Shown here piece after piece: positions 26,250 to 37,993 of a DNA stretch of 64,000 bases. The position numbers were made by a program, and so were the translations under genes. Positions within the stretch are counted from its first letter, which is position 1; every line of letters begins with the position of its first letter. The notes under the pieces are model-generated. The model was not told the DNA's origin. It saw nothing but the letters and a program-made list of their open reading frames with translations, and searched no databases. The DNA lies in the NCBI GenBank assembly GCA_002189035.1, contig CM007989.1:5456001-5520000 (forward strand). The letters run 5' to 3'. The DNA comes from Utricularia gibba. Lineage: Eukaryota; Plantae; Magnoliophyta.

Positions 26250-29200
26250 ATGGAGGAAGTGCATGGTGTACAAAAGCTGAATACAACGAATTATTTGTTA
26301 TGGCGTTCCAAAATCAAATCCATCCTTGTTTGTAAGGACTTGTGGGAACCTACTGTGGCAGGCATTGAAAAACCACTAGGGATCGAAGAACCAGCATGGC
26401 AAAAGCTCCATCTGAAAGTGGTTGCAATCATGAACCTATGTATCGACAATAGCTTATCGCATCGGATTAGCAAATTTGATGATGCACAACTGCTGTGGAA
26501 GACTCTAGAAGAGATGTTCGATCTCAACAACGCGTTGAACAAGCTCACCTTGTATAAGATTATGTCTTGATTAAAATACAAGGATGGTGACTCAATGTCC
26601 GATCATTTGAGTCGATTTAAAGATATTATTGACCAAATGGTTGCTATGAAAATAAGTTTTGATGAGGAGGTTCAGGCGATTCAGCTCCTAGATACTCTTC
26701 CTGATTCATGGAAACGTTAGTCATTACTCTGAGTAATTCAGCTGCTGGTAGCATGCAGTATGATGGAGTGGCTACTACACTGCTCCAAGAAGAACTCAAA
26801 CATAAGAGCACAGGGTCTGATCATGGGTCAGACTCAAAGAGTATGCTAGCCTATAATGAAGGTAGGGGAAGAGCAGGGGACAGGGTTCGGCACAAGAAAA
26901 GGGACAAGTTGAAAGCAAGAGACAAGTCTCAAGGGAGACATGGCAAAACCGAGAAAAAAGTCAAAAATGGGGACTTGTTTTCATTGTGGGAAAAAATGGG
27001 CATCTCAAAAAAAATTACAATAGGTATAAAGCTGTGCAGGACCCAAATAAGGAGTGGAAGACAAAGGATTTGAATGAAATGAATACTTCAACATATTTGA
27101 GTGATGTTGATGATGACTTGGTAGTCCTCTTAGCGGTAGAAGCTGGAGAATCTAGTTTGGACAGTTTTTGGTTCATTGACTCAGCCGCCTCATTTCATGC
27201 CTCACCTTATAAGCTTCATTTGAGGAATTTTAAGCCATGTCACTCCACTACGGTGCGCATGGGTAAACAATCCAGTTCCGATATTGCTGGCATTGGCAAT
27301 TTGCTAGTAACCACAAACATGGGAGCTCAACTATGGTTGCGGGGAGTGCATCACGTTCCTGCTCTTAGAGTGAATCTATTGTCAGCTGGTGAATTGGATA
27401 TGGAGGGTTACCGACATAGCTTGGGATTTCAAACTTGAAAGCTCATTAAAGGCTCTAGGGTTATGGCCAAAGGAACGATGACCGGAAGACTATACAAAAC
27501 TGATAGGAAATATGAAGAAACTGGAGTTATCGCAGCGACAGTGGCAACTTCTTCATATGATTTGCGACATCGGCAGTTAGGTCATCTTTCTGAAGGTGGA
27601 TTGAAAAGATTGACCACTAAGGGATTGATAGATGCAAGTAGTGCCACCTCCATGTGTGAGAGCTGTGTCTATGGCAAATAGCATAGAGTTACTTTCCGAT
27701 CACATCTACACAAAAGCTCAGGAAGATTGAACGTTGTGTTCTCTAATGTTGGAGGACAAGTAAATGTGCCAACGGCAAGAGGGTTGAAACACTATTTAAC
27801 TTTCGTGGATGATGCTACACGGAAAGCATGAATGTATCTTGTTCAGAGGAAATCTGATGTTTTTACATATTTCAAAGTTTTCCATCAAATGGTTGAAAGG
27901 GAGACAAGGGATAAATTGAAGAATTTAAGAATTTAAGCATGAAACACTATTCACCACAATGTTCACCTCCATTGTCTAGACAATGGAGGTGAACATTGTG
28001 GTGAAGAATTTAAGAATTTTTGTAGGGAGCTAGGGATAAGGAGGGTTACTATCGAGCCTGGAACATCCCAACACAACTCGGTGGCTGAATGCTTAAATCG
28101 CACCTTGTTTGAAAAAGTCAGATGTATATTCAAATGTACAGGTTTATCAAGCTGATTTTGGGGGGAAGCGTTGAAGATAGTGTTACCTATCCAACCAAAG
28201 CCCCAAGAAAGCACCGGGATTTAATATTCCAGAACAGCAGTGGTCTGGACAAGAAGTGAGTCTCAAACACCTAAGAGTGTTTGGTTGCAAAGCCTTGGTG
28301 CTGCTTCCAAGTGAACAATGCAAGAAACTTGACGGTCACTCAAAGCCATGTGTATTCTTGGGCTATGGGAAAACAGAGCTTAGATATAGATTCTGGGATT
28401 CTCAAGGTTCGAAGGTAATAAGATCACGAGATGTGAAATTCTTTGAGGATCAGCAATCCAATCTCAAGAGCTCCAGCACAGAGGAGGAGGAGGTTCGTAT
28501 AAATCTGGAATCTCTTGGAAATATGTGTGAGAACAATTTAGGGTCAAAAGATATTCCTGAAGCTTTGACTAGTGTGCCAGACTCTGGTTTAGGAGATGCA
28601 CAAACAAACTCTAGGGCGCCTATATAACTAAGGAGAATGGGTAGATGATTGGTCCCCAATACTCGGTATGCATATGATGATTTTATCTTAATTACAATAG
28701 AGGGAGAGCTTGAGACAATCGCTAAAGTGATGAACTCACCGTACAAAGGGCAATGGCTTGCAGCCATGGACAAGGAGATGAAATTAGTGTGGAAGAATGA
28801 GACTTATGAGCTAGTGCCGCTACCAACAAGGAAAAAAGCTCTTGATAACAAATGGATCTTCAAGTTGAAACGAAATCATGATGGCACTACCAAATTCAAA
28901 GCACAAATTGTACTGAAAGGGTATAGCGAAAAAGAGGGTATTGACTATCATGAAATTTTCTCCCATGTTGCCAGATTGTCAACGATCAGGGTGATATTAT
29001 CTCTGGTTGCATCTTTAAATCTGAAATTGCAACAGATGGATGTTAAAATGGCGTTTTTACATGGTCTGTTGAAGGAGGAGGTTTTCATGAAGCAAGTTCT
29101 TGGGTTCATTCAACCAGGTAAGGAACATCTTGTCTGTAAACTCAAACGAAGTCTATACGGCTTGAAGCAAGCTCCACGGGAGTGGAATCTTCGATTTGAT

Positions 29201-30261
29201 ACATTCATGACAGCCATTGGTTTTACAAAGGCAAAATCTGATTCTTGTGTATATCTCAAGCATTACTATGTGGATATTGTTCTTCTTATTCTCTATGTTG
29301 ATGATATGTTGTTGGCGAGTAAGGATCTGATGTTGATTACTCAGTTGAAGTCTCAATTAGCGTCAGAATTTGAGATGAAGGATTTGGGAAATGCACGACG
29401 AATTTTGGGTATCAACATTAAGAGAAATTGTGCATGTGGAACCCTTAGTGTGAATCAGACTTACTACATACAGTAGGTGATTAAGCAATTTAGCATGGCC
29501 AATTGCAAGCCTGTGTCCATACCGATGAACCCATCTCTAAAATTGACAGCATCAACGTGCACTATAGAGGAAGATGAAGTTCTGGAAATGAAGGTGATTC
29601 CTTTTTCTTCCTTGGTTGGCTCAATTATGTATATCATGGTAAGTATGCGCCCAGATATTGCTTATTCTATTAGTTGCATTAGTCGATACATGGCAAACCT
29701 AGGAAGAGCTCATTTGGAAGTAGCAAAATGGTTGCTGAGGTATTTGAAGGGGATTGTAGAGCTCAATCTCTATTACAAACCAACCCAGTGCAAACCGTGC
29801 GTCTATGTTGATGCTGATATGATAGGGGATATAGATACAAGGCGCTCTACTACCGGAGTTCTCTCTATGCTAGGTGGAGCGGGAGTCTCGTGGGTATCCT
29901 CACTCCAAAAGTGTGTGGCCTTTTCATCAATAGAGACTGAGTATATTGCCTTAACTGATGTTGGGAAAGAAGCCTTGTGGCTTGGTCGACTCTTGGATGA
30001 ACTCGGGTTGTTAAAATAAGAAAAGGTGCAAGTGATGTGTGATAATCAAGTGCTATTGCCCTTAGTAAGAATGCAGTGTTTCACTCTACAACTAAGCATA
30101 TCGATGTGAGGTATCATTGGATTCGTGATATAGTGAAGCAGAGCAGAATTAATCTGGTGAAAGTTCGTACATACGAAAATACTACGGACTTGATGACCAA
30201 AGCTCTACCCTCTTCACGACATGGTTTGCTTGTGAAGCAAGCAGACCTTTTGTTGTTATAA
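26250..30261 (+). pseudogene. copia gag-pol pseudogene
   Basis: gag LNTTNYLLWRSKIKSILVCKDLW; zinc knuckle CFHCGKNGHLKKNY (last Cys changed to Tyr); protease WFIDSAASFH; integrase DNGGE and HLRVFGC; RT YVDDML; RNaseH KHIDVRYHWIRD. Interrupted by several in-frame stops and frameshifts. Confidence 0.95.
27950..28005. repeat. Perfect 56-bp palindrome inside the copia integrase
   Basis: TTCACCACAATGTTCACCTCCATTGTCT|AGACAATGGAGGTGAACATTGTGGTGAA: 28-bp arms with no spacer. Confidence 0.97.
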
Positions 30262-30299
30262 TAAGGTGCGTATAAAAATCTCCAGCCTAGGGGAGTGAT

Positions 30300-30777
30300 T
30301 GAAGAAGATTTCTACTCGACCCCATCAAACAGGCTAGAGTGATGGAGGGTGTGGCTTTGTTAGGCCCAACACCTATTGTTCGTGGCAAAAGATCACCCAT
30401 GTCCTAGACGGTTATCCAACACGTCCTAAATTGGTTAGAGTTGAGGAGGTATAGATGATGACCAGGGGAGTGGAGTGAAGTGGTGGTGGCATTTTTCTAT
30501 CTGTGTATCAGTACAAGAAGAGCAACTTTCTACTGCTATTGTGCAACCTACAAGTAGGTGTGTTGCACATGAGTTCCAGGATCTTGACTTCCTGGTGTTG
30601 CTATGTTTCCTTGTGGTGTGTTCATGTATACACGATTGATGCATTATAGTAGATTCTACCAGTCAGGAGGTTTCCCAACTTGCTAGGTTTTATCTGATAA
30701 ATTACTTGAGTCTTTTGTATTACGCTCAAAATTGTGGTGTTGCATAGCAGCTGAGGTACAGGTGCAAATTTCATACA
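30300..30777 (+). repeat. 3' LTR of the copia element
   Basis: Follows the PPT, ends in CA, and is followed by the TSD AGAAA. Confidence 0.95.
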
Positions 30778-30858
30778 AGAAATCCTCATGATTGTACAAG
30801 CTTGTTGTAGGTGCATAGGCGGATCATTTGTACATGCGTATTGACTCATTTACACTTA

Positions 30859-33232
30859 GGGCGCGTTTGGTTGCTGGGTTTGGCCTAAACCCAGGTTTAG
30901 TTTATTTGGGTTTAGGAAACCCGGTTTTGTGGGTTTAGGTTTAGGAATCGTGTTTGGTTGATGGGTTTACATTATTTGGATTTAAATGAACCCACATTTG
31001 GTTTATTGGTATAAAATTGGGTTTATGCATAATTTTCATGGGAATTTACCAATATAGCCTTTCACACTCGTCTACCGCCTTCCACACCGACTTTACCAAT
31101 CAGGCATATCCCTCTTTATTACCATTAGTTTTCCCAATGCGTTCACCGACTTTCACACTCGGTTGTCGCGGTGCTGCCGGTCGACGAGATCTCTCGATTT
31201 CACAAGTAATTGAGAGTGAACAGCCATAGGTTATGTCCATTTGTATCCCTTCGTTGCGCAGAGTTGGTCGTTCGAAATCCGTTGAATTTTGAGTGAATTT
31301 TACGGTTTACTTGTAGTAAGTGTTCGGTGTAGCACTAGACCCGATATGAACTTCTCGCGGTTGTGTGCAGGGGGGGTATTAATAGCGCTGGGCGGTTGTC
31401 AACCGCCCTTCGCATTTAATGCTGGATAACTGCAATATTTTATGGCAATTTGTTTTTGGAACTCAGAACATCGGATTATGTTTTCGCGGTGCTGTGGAAT
31501 GCGTAGCGTACCTCAGGCATTTAGAAACACCGCATATTACGGACCGCGGTGTTTGGTCAAATGGAGTATTATTGTACTACCAATCACCCACGCTAACATT
31601 TACCAGCTGCATACACATCTACTTCTAAATTTTGACAGCACCGGATACGAGGAAACATTCGGTGCAGCACTGAACGCAGCATAGCTCAAGCATACAGAAG
31701 CACTGGAGTTTACGAGTCGTGGTGTTCGGTCAAATGATGATTTGCTATACTACCAAATACCCTCACTACTATGCATCAGCTTCACACTCATCTAATCTTT
31801 AATTTTTATGAGCACCGGATACGGTGAAACACGTGGTGCTGCCCACAATGGTGGTGGCGTACAAGCATTTGTAGCACCTCAACCGAAGATCGCGGTGTTG
31901 GCTCCAATGATCCACCGTGGTAACTACCACATGGTAACACACGACATTTTTTTGTACAATCCCAACAATTTGTGCATCAACTACCAAATACTTTGCAATT
32001 TCAAGTTCAAGTTGGAGTACAAACGACACGATAGGTTCGGTACGGGAATTAAGGAAAACCACTAGCATGACAACGTCTAAAACAGTGCTACACTAGCGGC
32101 GCCTGTGGGATGACAGCCACTCGGTGTACATCCTCTCGGCTTGCTGGTCACGCCACCTATTCCATGCCTGATTGCCTCCGGCAGATGTCGTGACATCTTC
32201 TGGATCACTCGTGTCCCCAGCTTCATCCTGGAAGTCCAATGGGACCTGATCCTCCAAGGGATCGACCACCATCTCCTTTCGAATGAGGTTATGCAGTAAA
32301 GCACATGCCAATACAATGCGGTTCTGTGTGTCTACGGAATAGTAGCTAGTCGTTCGTAGTATACCCCACCGCATCTTCATCAAGCCCCAAGCTCGTTCGA
32401 TCACATTTCTGGCTGATGCATGCCACATGTTGAATAACTCCTTCGCATAAAACACCGTTACATATTTTCCAGCCTTTAAGTTAGAACGATTTTCTAATAG
32501 ACTACATAAAACACCCAACGCATCTCGGCTGATTCTCAAATTCTCAATGAATGTGCTGTTCACATCACTCACCAACCTACTAATAAACTCAACTTGTCTA
32601 GGAATCTTGTGTGTAAGTGAATACTTGCGTCTCAGCCTATATCCCCTACGGTATTTCCTTGAATGCAAGTATACTAACACATTCATCTGCACCAAGTATT
32701 CAGTCAAAACTGCCATTGCCGCACTCAAGATGACATGACCCTCCGTGAAAAAATCCATGTCCCCTCAACAGTCACCAAAATTGAGCAAAATAGGTTCACT
32801 GAAACAGCACCACAGATTCTGAAATTGGAAATTCACAGATAAAAATCCACAAGCACGATGCTGCCGTGGTTGGCCCCTCGCGGTGCTACAGTGGACCAAC
32901 CCACCAAGAACAGAAAGCATACTTACCGAAAGACCCACCCTCTTGCGCTCAAAGAACAGGCGACGCCACTGGCAAAGCACGAACGAATTCTGGGTTGTAG
33001 ACCTGCGTTCAAATGCAGTTCACGCGAGGGCAAAAGTGGAAGTGCCGAGCTGGGTTTAGCTAAACCGACCCCCCCCCCCCTGGGTTTAGCTAAACCCAGC
33101 TCCACGGGTTCCCGCCTGGTTTATGGTCAACAGGTGGGTTTATTTTTACCCACCTGAAACCCACGAACCAAACGTGGGTTTATGACTAAACCCACGCCAC
33201 AACCCATCTAAACCCAGCAACCAAACGCGCCC
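30859..33232 (-). mobile_element. PIF/Harbinger DNA transposon, internally deleted (2374 bp)
   Basis: Perfect 23-bp TIRs GGGCGCGTTTGGTTGCTGGGTTT (30859-30881, 33210-33232), TTA TSD on both sides (30856-30858, 33233-33235), GGGTTT/AAACCC subterminal repeats, and a Harbinger transposase-derived ORF inside. Confidence 0.96.
32093..32758 (-). CDS. Harbinger transposase-derived ORF (221 aa), N- and C-termini fused across an in-frame deletion
   Basis: N-terminal ENLRISRDALGVLCSLL (LRMSRxxFxxLC-like) joins directly to KELFNMWHASARNVIERAWGLMKMRWGIL..QNRIVLACALLHNLIR (DDE_Tnp_4 C-terminus). The central catalytic segment is absent. Expression is unknown. Confidence 0.75.
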   Translation of the reverse strand: MDFFTEGHVILSAAMAVLTEYLVQMNVLVYLHSRKYRRGYRLRRKYSLTHKIPRQVEFISRLVSDVNSTFIENLRISRDALGVLCSLLENRSNLKAGKYVTVFYAKELFNMWHASARNVIERAWGLMKMRWGILRTTSYYSVDTQNRIVLACALLHNLIRKEMVVDPLEDQVPLDFQDEAGDTSDPEDVTTSAGGNQAWNRWRDQQAERMYTEWLSSHRRR

Positions 33233-35219
33233 TTAGGTATTGAGCGATCTTCTTTCATCTTACCCTTCTTTTATAAAAATATATTTTCTTAAATGCATAA
33301 GTAATAGTTTATGTTTTGGATACATCATACATCTTGCTAATCTTTAGTCTATCTACAAGCTACTATTTTGTTAGAGAATTATGTAAACCAATTACTTGAC
33401 AAACAAAATCTAACTGTGGGGAAATTGACAAGTTTTTTTGTCATTCTAATTTTTGGTTTTTGTATATATTTTTGGGTCGTTTTTCCTTTTTTGTATCTAG
33501 AATTTCCTATGCTTTTTTTTTACATTTTTTGCACCTATTTGATTTTTTTTTTTTTTTTTGGAGAAAAGGATATTTTGTGGATATTTTGTAGTTTTTCAAG
33601 GTAATTTTAACCCATATTAGAGAGAGATCATGGCTAAATACTAGATGGGTTTGAAGGTAGATGACTTAGAACCCAAGATGAGGTCAAATGGCATGGACAA
33701 TAAGATTTGAACCAAGATTCTAGGTGCACAAAAATATTTGAAAAAATTATTATATGATTTGAATAAAAGATTGGATCTATTCTTGTCATAAAAGTTCAAT
33801 AGAAAATTTAATTACTTTAGATTCTTTGAGTCATTTTTAAAGTTTTGAAGTTGAGTCCTACACTTTATAATTTTTTTAATCTTTTTTCAATCTTTTTTGT
33901 ATTTTAGAGTTGATTATGTATGCTTGAGCATTTTCATACAATATATATATGGTGAAATCATACCTGCATGCCCTTGAGTTTGTTGGTATTTTACTATATT
34001 TTTTGACATTTTATTTGGGGTTCATTTTATGCAAAATTTTTATTATCAATATGATCCTGATTACCAATATTTCGTAACATAACTAGATAATTTACAAGAA
34101 CAAATGCCAATAAATCAACAGGTATACGATACCCATCCATATTTGCTGACGTATAAAAGGAGAACAGGAATAGGTAAATCTTGTACCCATCATGAAATAG
34201 AATTCTCATACTAGAGGCATATTGTCAGATTTGATCAATAGTACATTAGAAACGAGCCACAAGGCGCGGATCAAGGGTTTCATAGTCGGTCACGACCTTC
34301 CCACCACAATCCTTGTTCATCCAGATATTATTTTTTTAGTAATTTGGTTTATGTTGCAACACCTACGAAAATGTGTATAAATATTTGGATTATTGTTAGA
34401 CAATGATATAAACCTCATACTTTTTTTGTGTCGGAATTATTTATAAATATTGAATTTATATGATGAAACCCTGGGCATGATTCCCACCCATTGACATTCT
34501 GGCGTTTAGTGATTGATTGGAGTAAATGGTGGCTTAAAGTCTAAAAAAGAAAATCAAATTTAGTGCCGGTGGGGTTCCTTGAAACTTCCTCTCGTAGACT
34601 GACTTCCGGCCGGCTGGCTACTCTTCCAATTATCGTCCTCTTATACTGATATTTGCACACAGGATAGATTTTTGGCTGATTTCTTCCTTGATTCATGGAG
34701 GCTGTATTTCGACTTGCCCACTTCTGATTGACCTTTAAAGGCGAGAGATTTATGTATAGCCACGCTCACCGATTATGCTTTTGTTATCTTTTTCAAGTTG
34801 GTTGTTGCTGCTTTAACCACCTTGATATGTGCCTTTGGGATTGTTTGACTTCAGACTTGATGTTTGCTTTTGGGAGTATCTTGATTCTACTTGGTTGCGG
34901 ATTTTTTTCCCAATGGATCTGGAGCCTTTTCTTCTTCTTCTTCTTCCGTATGCAAGTATTTATTCGCGGGATGTGATTGAATTGTTGAAATTGCAGAAAG
35001 TTCGCTCCTTTTTCCTGTTTCAAATTGCTTTCTTAGTTCCTGTTTGAATTGGGGGGGATGTAGGCGTTTCTCTTTCAACCCGTTCCTCATGTAACTAACT
35101 AACCTGGGGCGTTTGACTTTGTTTCTAACTGTCATTACTTATCTACAGGTGAACCACTGATTGATGAAACGAGTTTCGATTTCAGCTCTTGATAGATTTG
35201 TATTCCCTAGTTCCTAAAG

Positions 35220-37536
35220 ATGGGTTCTGTGGAAAATAGAATAGAATTCGATTCTGATGAGGAAATACCGCTTCATGGACCTGACATGAGTAACAAAATC
35301 CCATCTTTGAGTTTAGAATCACCTTCAACCACTGTCTTGGAACTTAAGAGGGTTCCGTCCTCATTGTTATTGAGGAACCTGCGCGGATTTGGCATAATGA
35401 GAAGTATGTATTTCGTCTTATTAAAGGGGAAGATCAATTGTCTTTTACCATTTGGACCGCTGGCTATTGCTCTACACTACATTACCAAAAATAATGTAAG
35501 ATCCTTCAACTTTTTAGGGTGATGGCTTGAATTACAACAATTGAGATAGCACTTCTCATGATTTTATAACCCCTCTTAGGAATGGGTTTTCTTCAGCAGC
35601 TTGCTAGGTATTACTCCATTAGCAGAGCGTCTGGGCTATGCCACTGAGTAAGTATTTATTTGAAATTTGAATTGTGCGATGGCTTGGGATTCCATTATTG
35701 ACAGGCATGATAAAAAGTGGTGTTTTTTTTTTCCTCTATCCAGGCAACTTGCCTATCACACTGGACCAATTGGTAATTTTTCTGCTTTTCTCCCATGTAT
35801 ACTCATAACATATACTAGGGAAACTTTGTTGTTCTCAATCAGTAAACCTCCCTTCATGTTAATGCAGTTGGTGGCCTCCTGAATGCTACATTTGGAAATG
35901 CTACTGAGATGATAATCTCAATGTATGCTTTGAAGAATGGAATGTTTCGGATTGTGCAGCAGTCGTTGTTGGGTTCCATCTTATCCAATATGCTTTTGGT
36001 GCTGGGCTGTGCCTTCCTCTTTGGAGGGCTTGTTCACAAGAAAGTGCAGAGTTTTAATAAAGTGTGTATGACCTAATCATCTCGAGTTGTTGGCATCTTT
36101 CGAGTGATAAATCTCCTGTTGTAGTCGAAGACTAACAAATTTACTTTTATGGATCAGGCCACTGCCATTGTGAACTTAGGATTGCTTTTGATGGCTGTTA
36201 TGGGAATAATGCTTCCAGGAGTCCTGCACTTTACTCACACAGAACTCCACGAGGGAAAGTCAGAAATTGCCCTATCACGAGTTAGTAGCTGCGTAATGCT
36301 AATTGCATATGCTAGCTATCTCTTCTTTCAGCTCAAGGGTCAAAGTGCTATGTATAGTTCTGTTGATGAGGTGAGTTAATCTTGTACTAGAAGACAGATG
36401 TTTCAAGCTGACAACAGACAGTCATAGTATTTCATGTGTTTTTCCTCTGAATTCATTGATCTTCCAGTCTTCTGAACAGGGCATGGTGCAGGAAGGTGAG
36501 AATGCTAATGAAAATTCAAATGAAGAGGAGACCCAGGAGATTACGCATTGGGAAGCAATTAGTTGGCTAGCAATTTTGACCATATGGATATCCATTTTAT
36601 CTGGATATCTTGTTGATGCAATTCAGGTGATTTAATTGAATTTGATTTTAGAGGCCCAATAATTGTTAGACCATTAATATAGCAGGTCCTGGAAAATCTG
36701 AATGTGACCAAGGCTCATTGTCTTTTCAGGGGGCGTCCGAGTCAATGAACATGCCAGTTGCTTTTATTAGCGTCATTCTACTTCCTATAGTAGGAAATGC
36801 TGCGGAGCATGCTAGTGCTATCATGTTTGCGATGAAGGACAAGCTTGTAAGCAATCAAATACTTAGAAGTGAATCAGCTGCCAACAGTTGAAAATTGGAA
36901 TTGTTTTAGATCATTGTGATTCTGGTTTCAGGATATCACCCTCGGAGTTGCAATAGGGTCGTCCACTCAGATATCAATGTTTGTGGTATGAGCTGTAGCT
37001 TTTTCCATCTTTGTAGTTCTTCTCTCTACTCGATAATTATAGCCCCAGTTGGACTTTAGAACATAAAATTGCATATATTCCTTTTTTTTTTTCGTTCATC
37101 TGATTTTGGTTCATTTTTGTTTCTGATGACTGCAGATCCCATTTTGTGTGATAGTTGGCTGGATGATGGGAAAGCCTATGGATCTTAACTTCCAACTGTT
37201 CGAGACTGCCACATTGTTTATAACCGTTTTGGTTGTTGGCTTTATGCTTCAGGTTCATTTTTCTGTTTTGCGAAGCAACACCGGGCATAATTTGAGTTCG
37301 CCCAACTAACCTGTTGCCTTACATTCCATCAATCACAGGAAGGCCACTCAAACTATTTTAAAGGCCTTATGCTTATCTTGTGCTATTTCATTATCGCTGC
37401 AAGCTTCTTTGTACATGTAGATCTTCCAAAAACTGGTGAGCTCCTTGGTCGTCAAAGCCCCCACATTATTTTTGTTTAGCTCGAAGCTCAGAGTTTCATG
37501 GTTATTATCCATCTATTTGATGCAGTTGATGATTGA
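35220..37536 (+). CDS. CAX: Vacuolar cation/proton exchanger, type IB (AtCAX2/5/6-like); 11 exons: 35220-35495, 35580-35647, 35744-35772, 35868-36061, 36158-36370, 36480-36626, 36730-36846, 36932-36985, 37136-37252, 37339-37435, 37526-37536
   Basis: c-1 repeat [13 protein letters not shown], c-2 repeat [14 protein letters not shown], acidic loop [11 protein letters not shown], plus [17 protein letters not shown] and [17 protein letters not shown]. All introns are GT-AG and in frame. The exon-6 acceptor is ambiguous by +/-12 nt. Confidence 0.95.
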
Positions 37537-37783
37537 GAAGAATGCAAGCCCCCGGGTGCCCAGATCTGTATACATTGAATGGGAGAAACCATGAGGCCTG
37601 AATACGTTGCTGATTAATTCGTTGTTTGGCATCCCATGGTCACATCCTGGATTCTTCCACAGTTGAAAGTTTTGTTGTTGGGAGTGCGAGTGGGAAAAGG
37701 GAGTGCACAGGTTGACTGCAACCTGTATGTATGTGATGTGTACAAAATAAGAAAATGGTTAAATGCCGGTTCACTGGAATGCA

Positions 37784-37802
37784 CCCCCCCCCCCCCCCCC
37801 CC
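37784..37802. repeat. Poly(C) run, 19 nt, downstream of CAX
   Basis: Counted directly; homopolymer length may be imprecise in the assembly. Confidence 0.9.
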
Positions 37803-37993
37803 ACAAACCTTAGTTTCAGCGCACATGCTGCCATTGCAACACAAGATGGAGCTGCTCCAGAAGTGAAAGGAGGCCTCTGTCCACCCCAAGGAACAAGGAT
37901 CAAGCATTGCGTTTGCAAGCCTTGGGTCGGTAGGATTCATGCCAATCATAAACGTTTTCATTCAAACTAAACCCCACCCACTCACATGTATTA

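Larger units (their letters stand above)
25759..30777 (+). mobile_element. Full-length, inactive Ty1/copia LTR retrotransposon (5019 bp)
   Basis: Two 478-bp LTRs (25759-26236, 30300-30777; TGAAGAAG...TACA), 5-bp TSD AGAAA (25754-25758, 30778-30782), PBS TGGTATCAGAGC (26238-26249), purine-rich PPT before 30300, and gag-PR-INT-RT-RNaseH domain order. Confidence 0.97.

Noticed and set aside
28450-29356. Antisense ORFs over the copia pol (28450-28773, 29153-29356)
   Set aside because: Shadow ORFs of the real coding strand with no independent motif.
37614-37970. Overlapping ORFs on both strands containing poly-Pro or poly-Gly
   Set aside because: Artefacts of the C19 run in the CAX downstream region.
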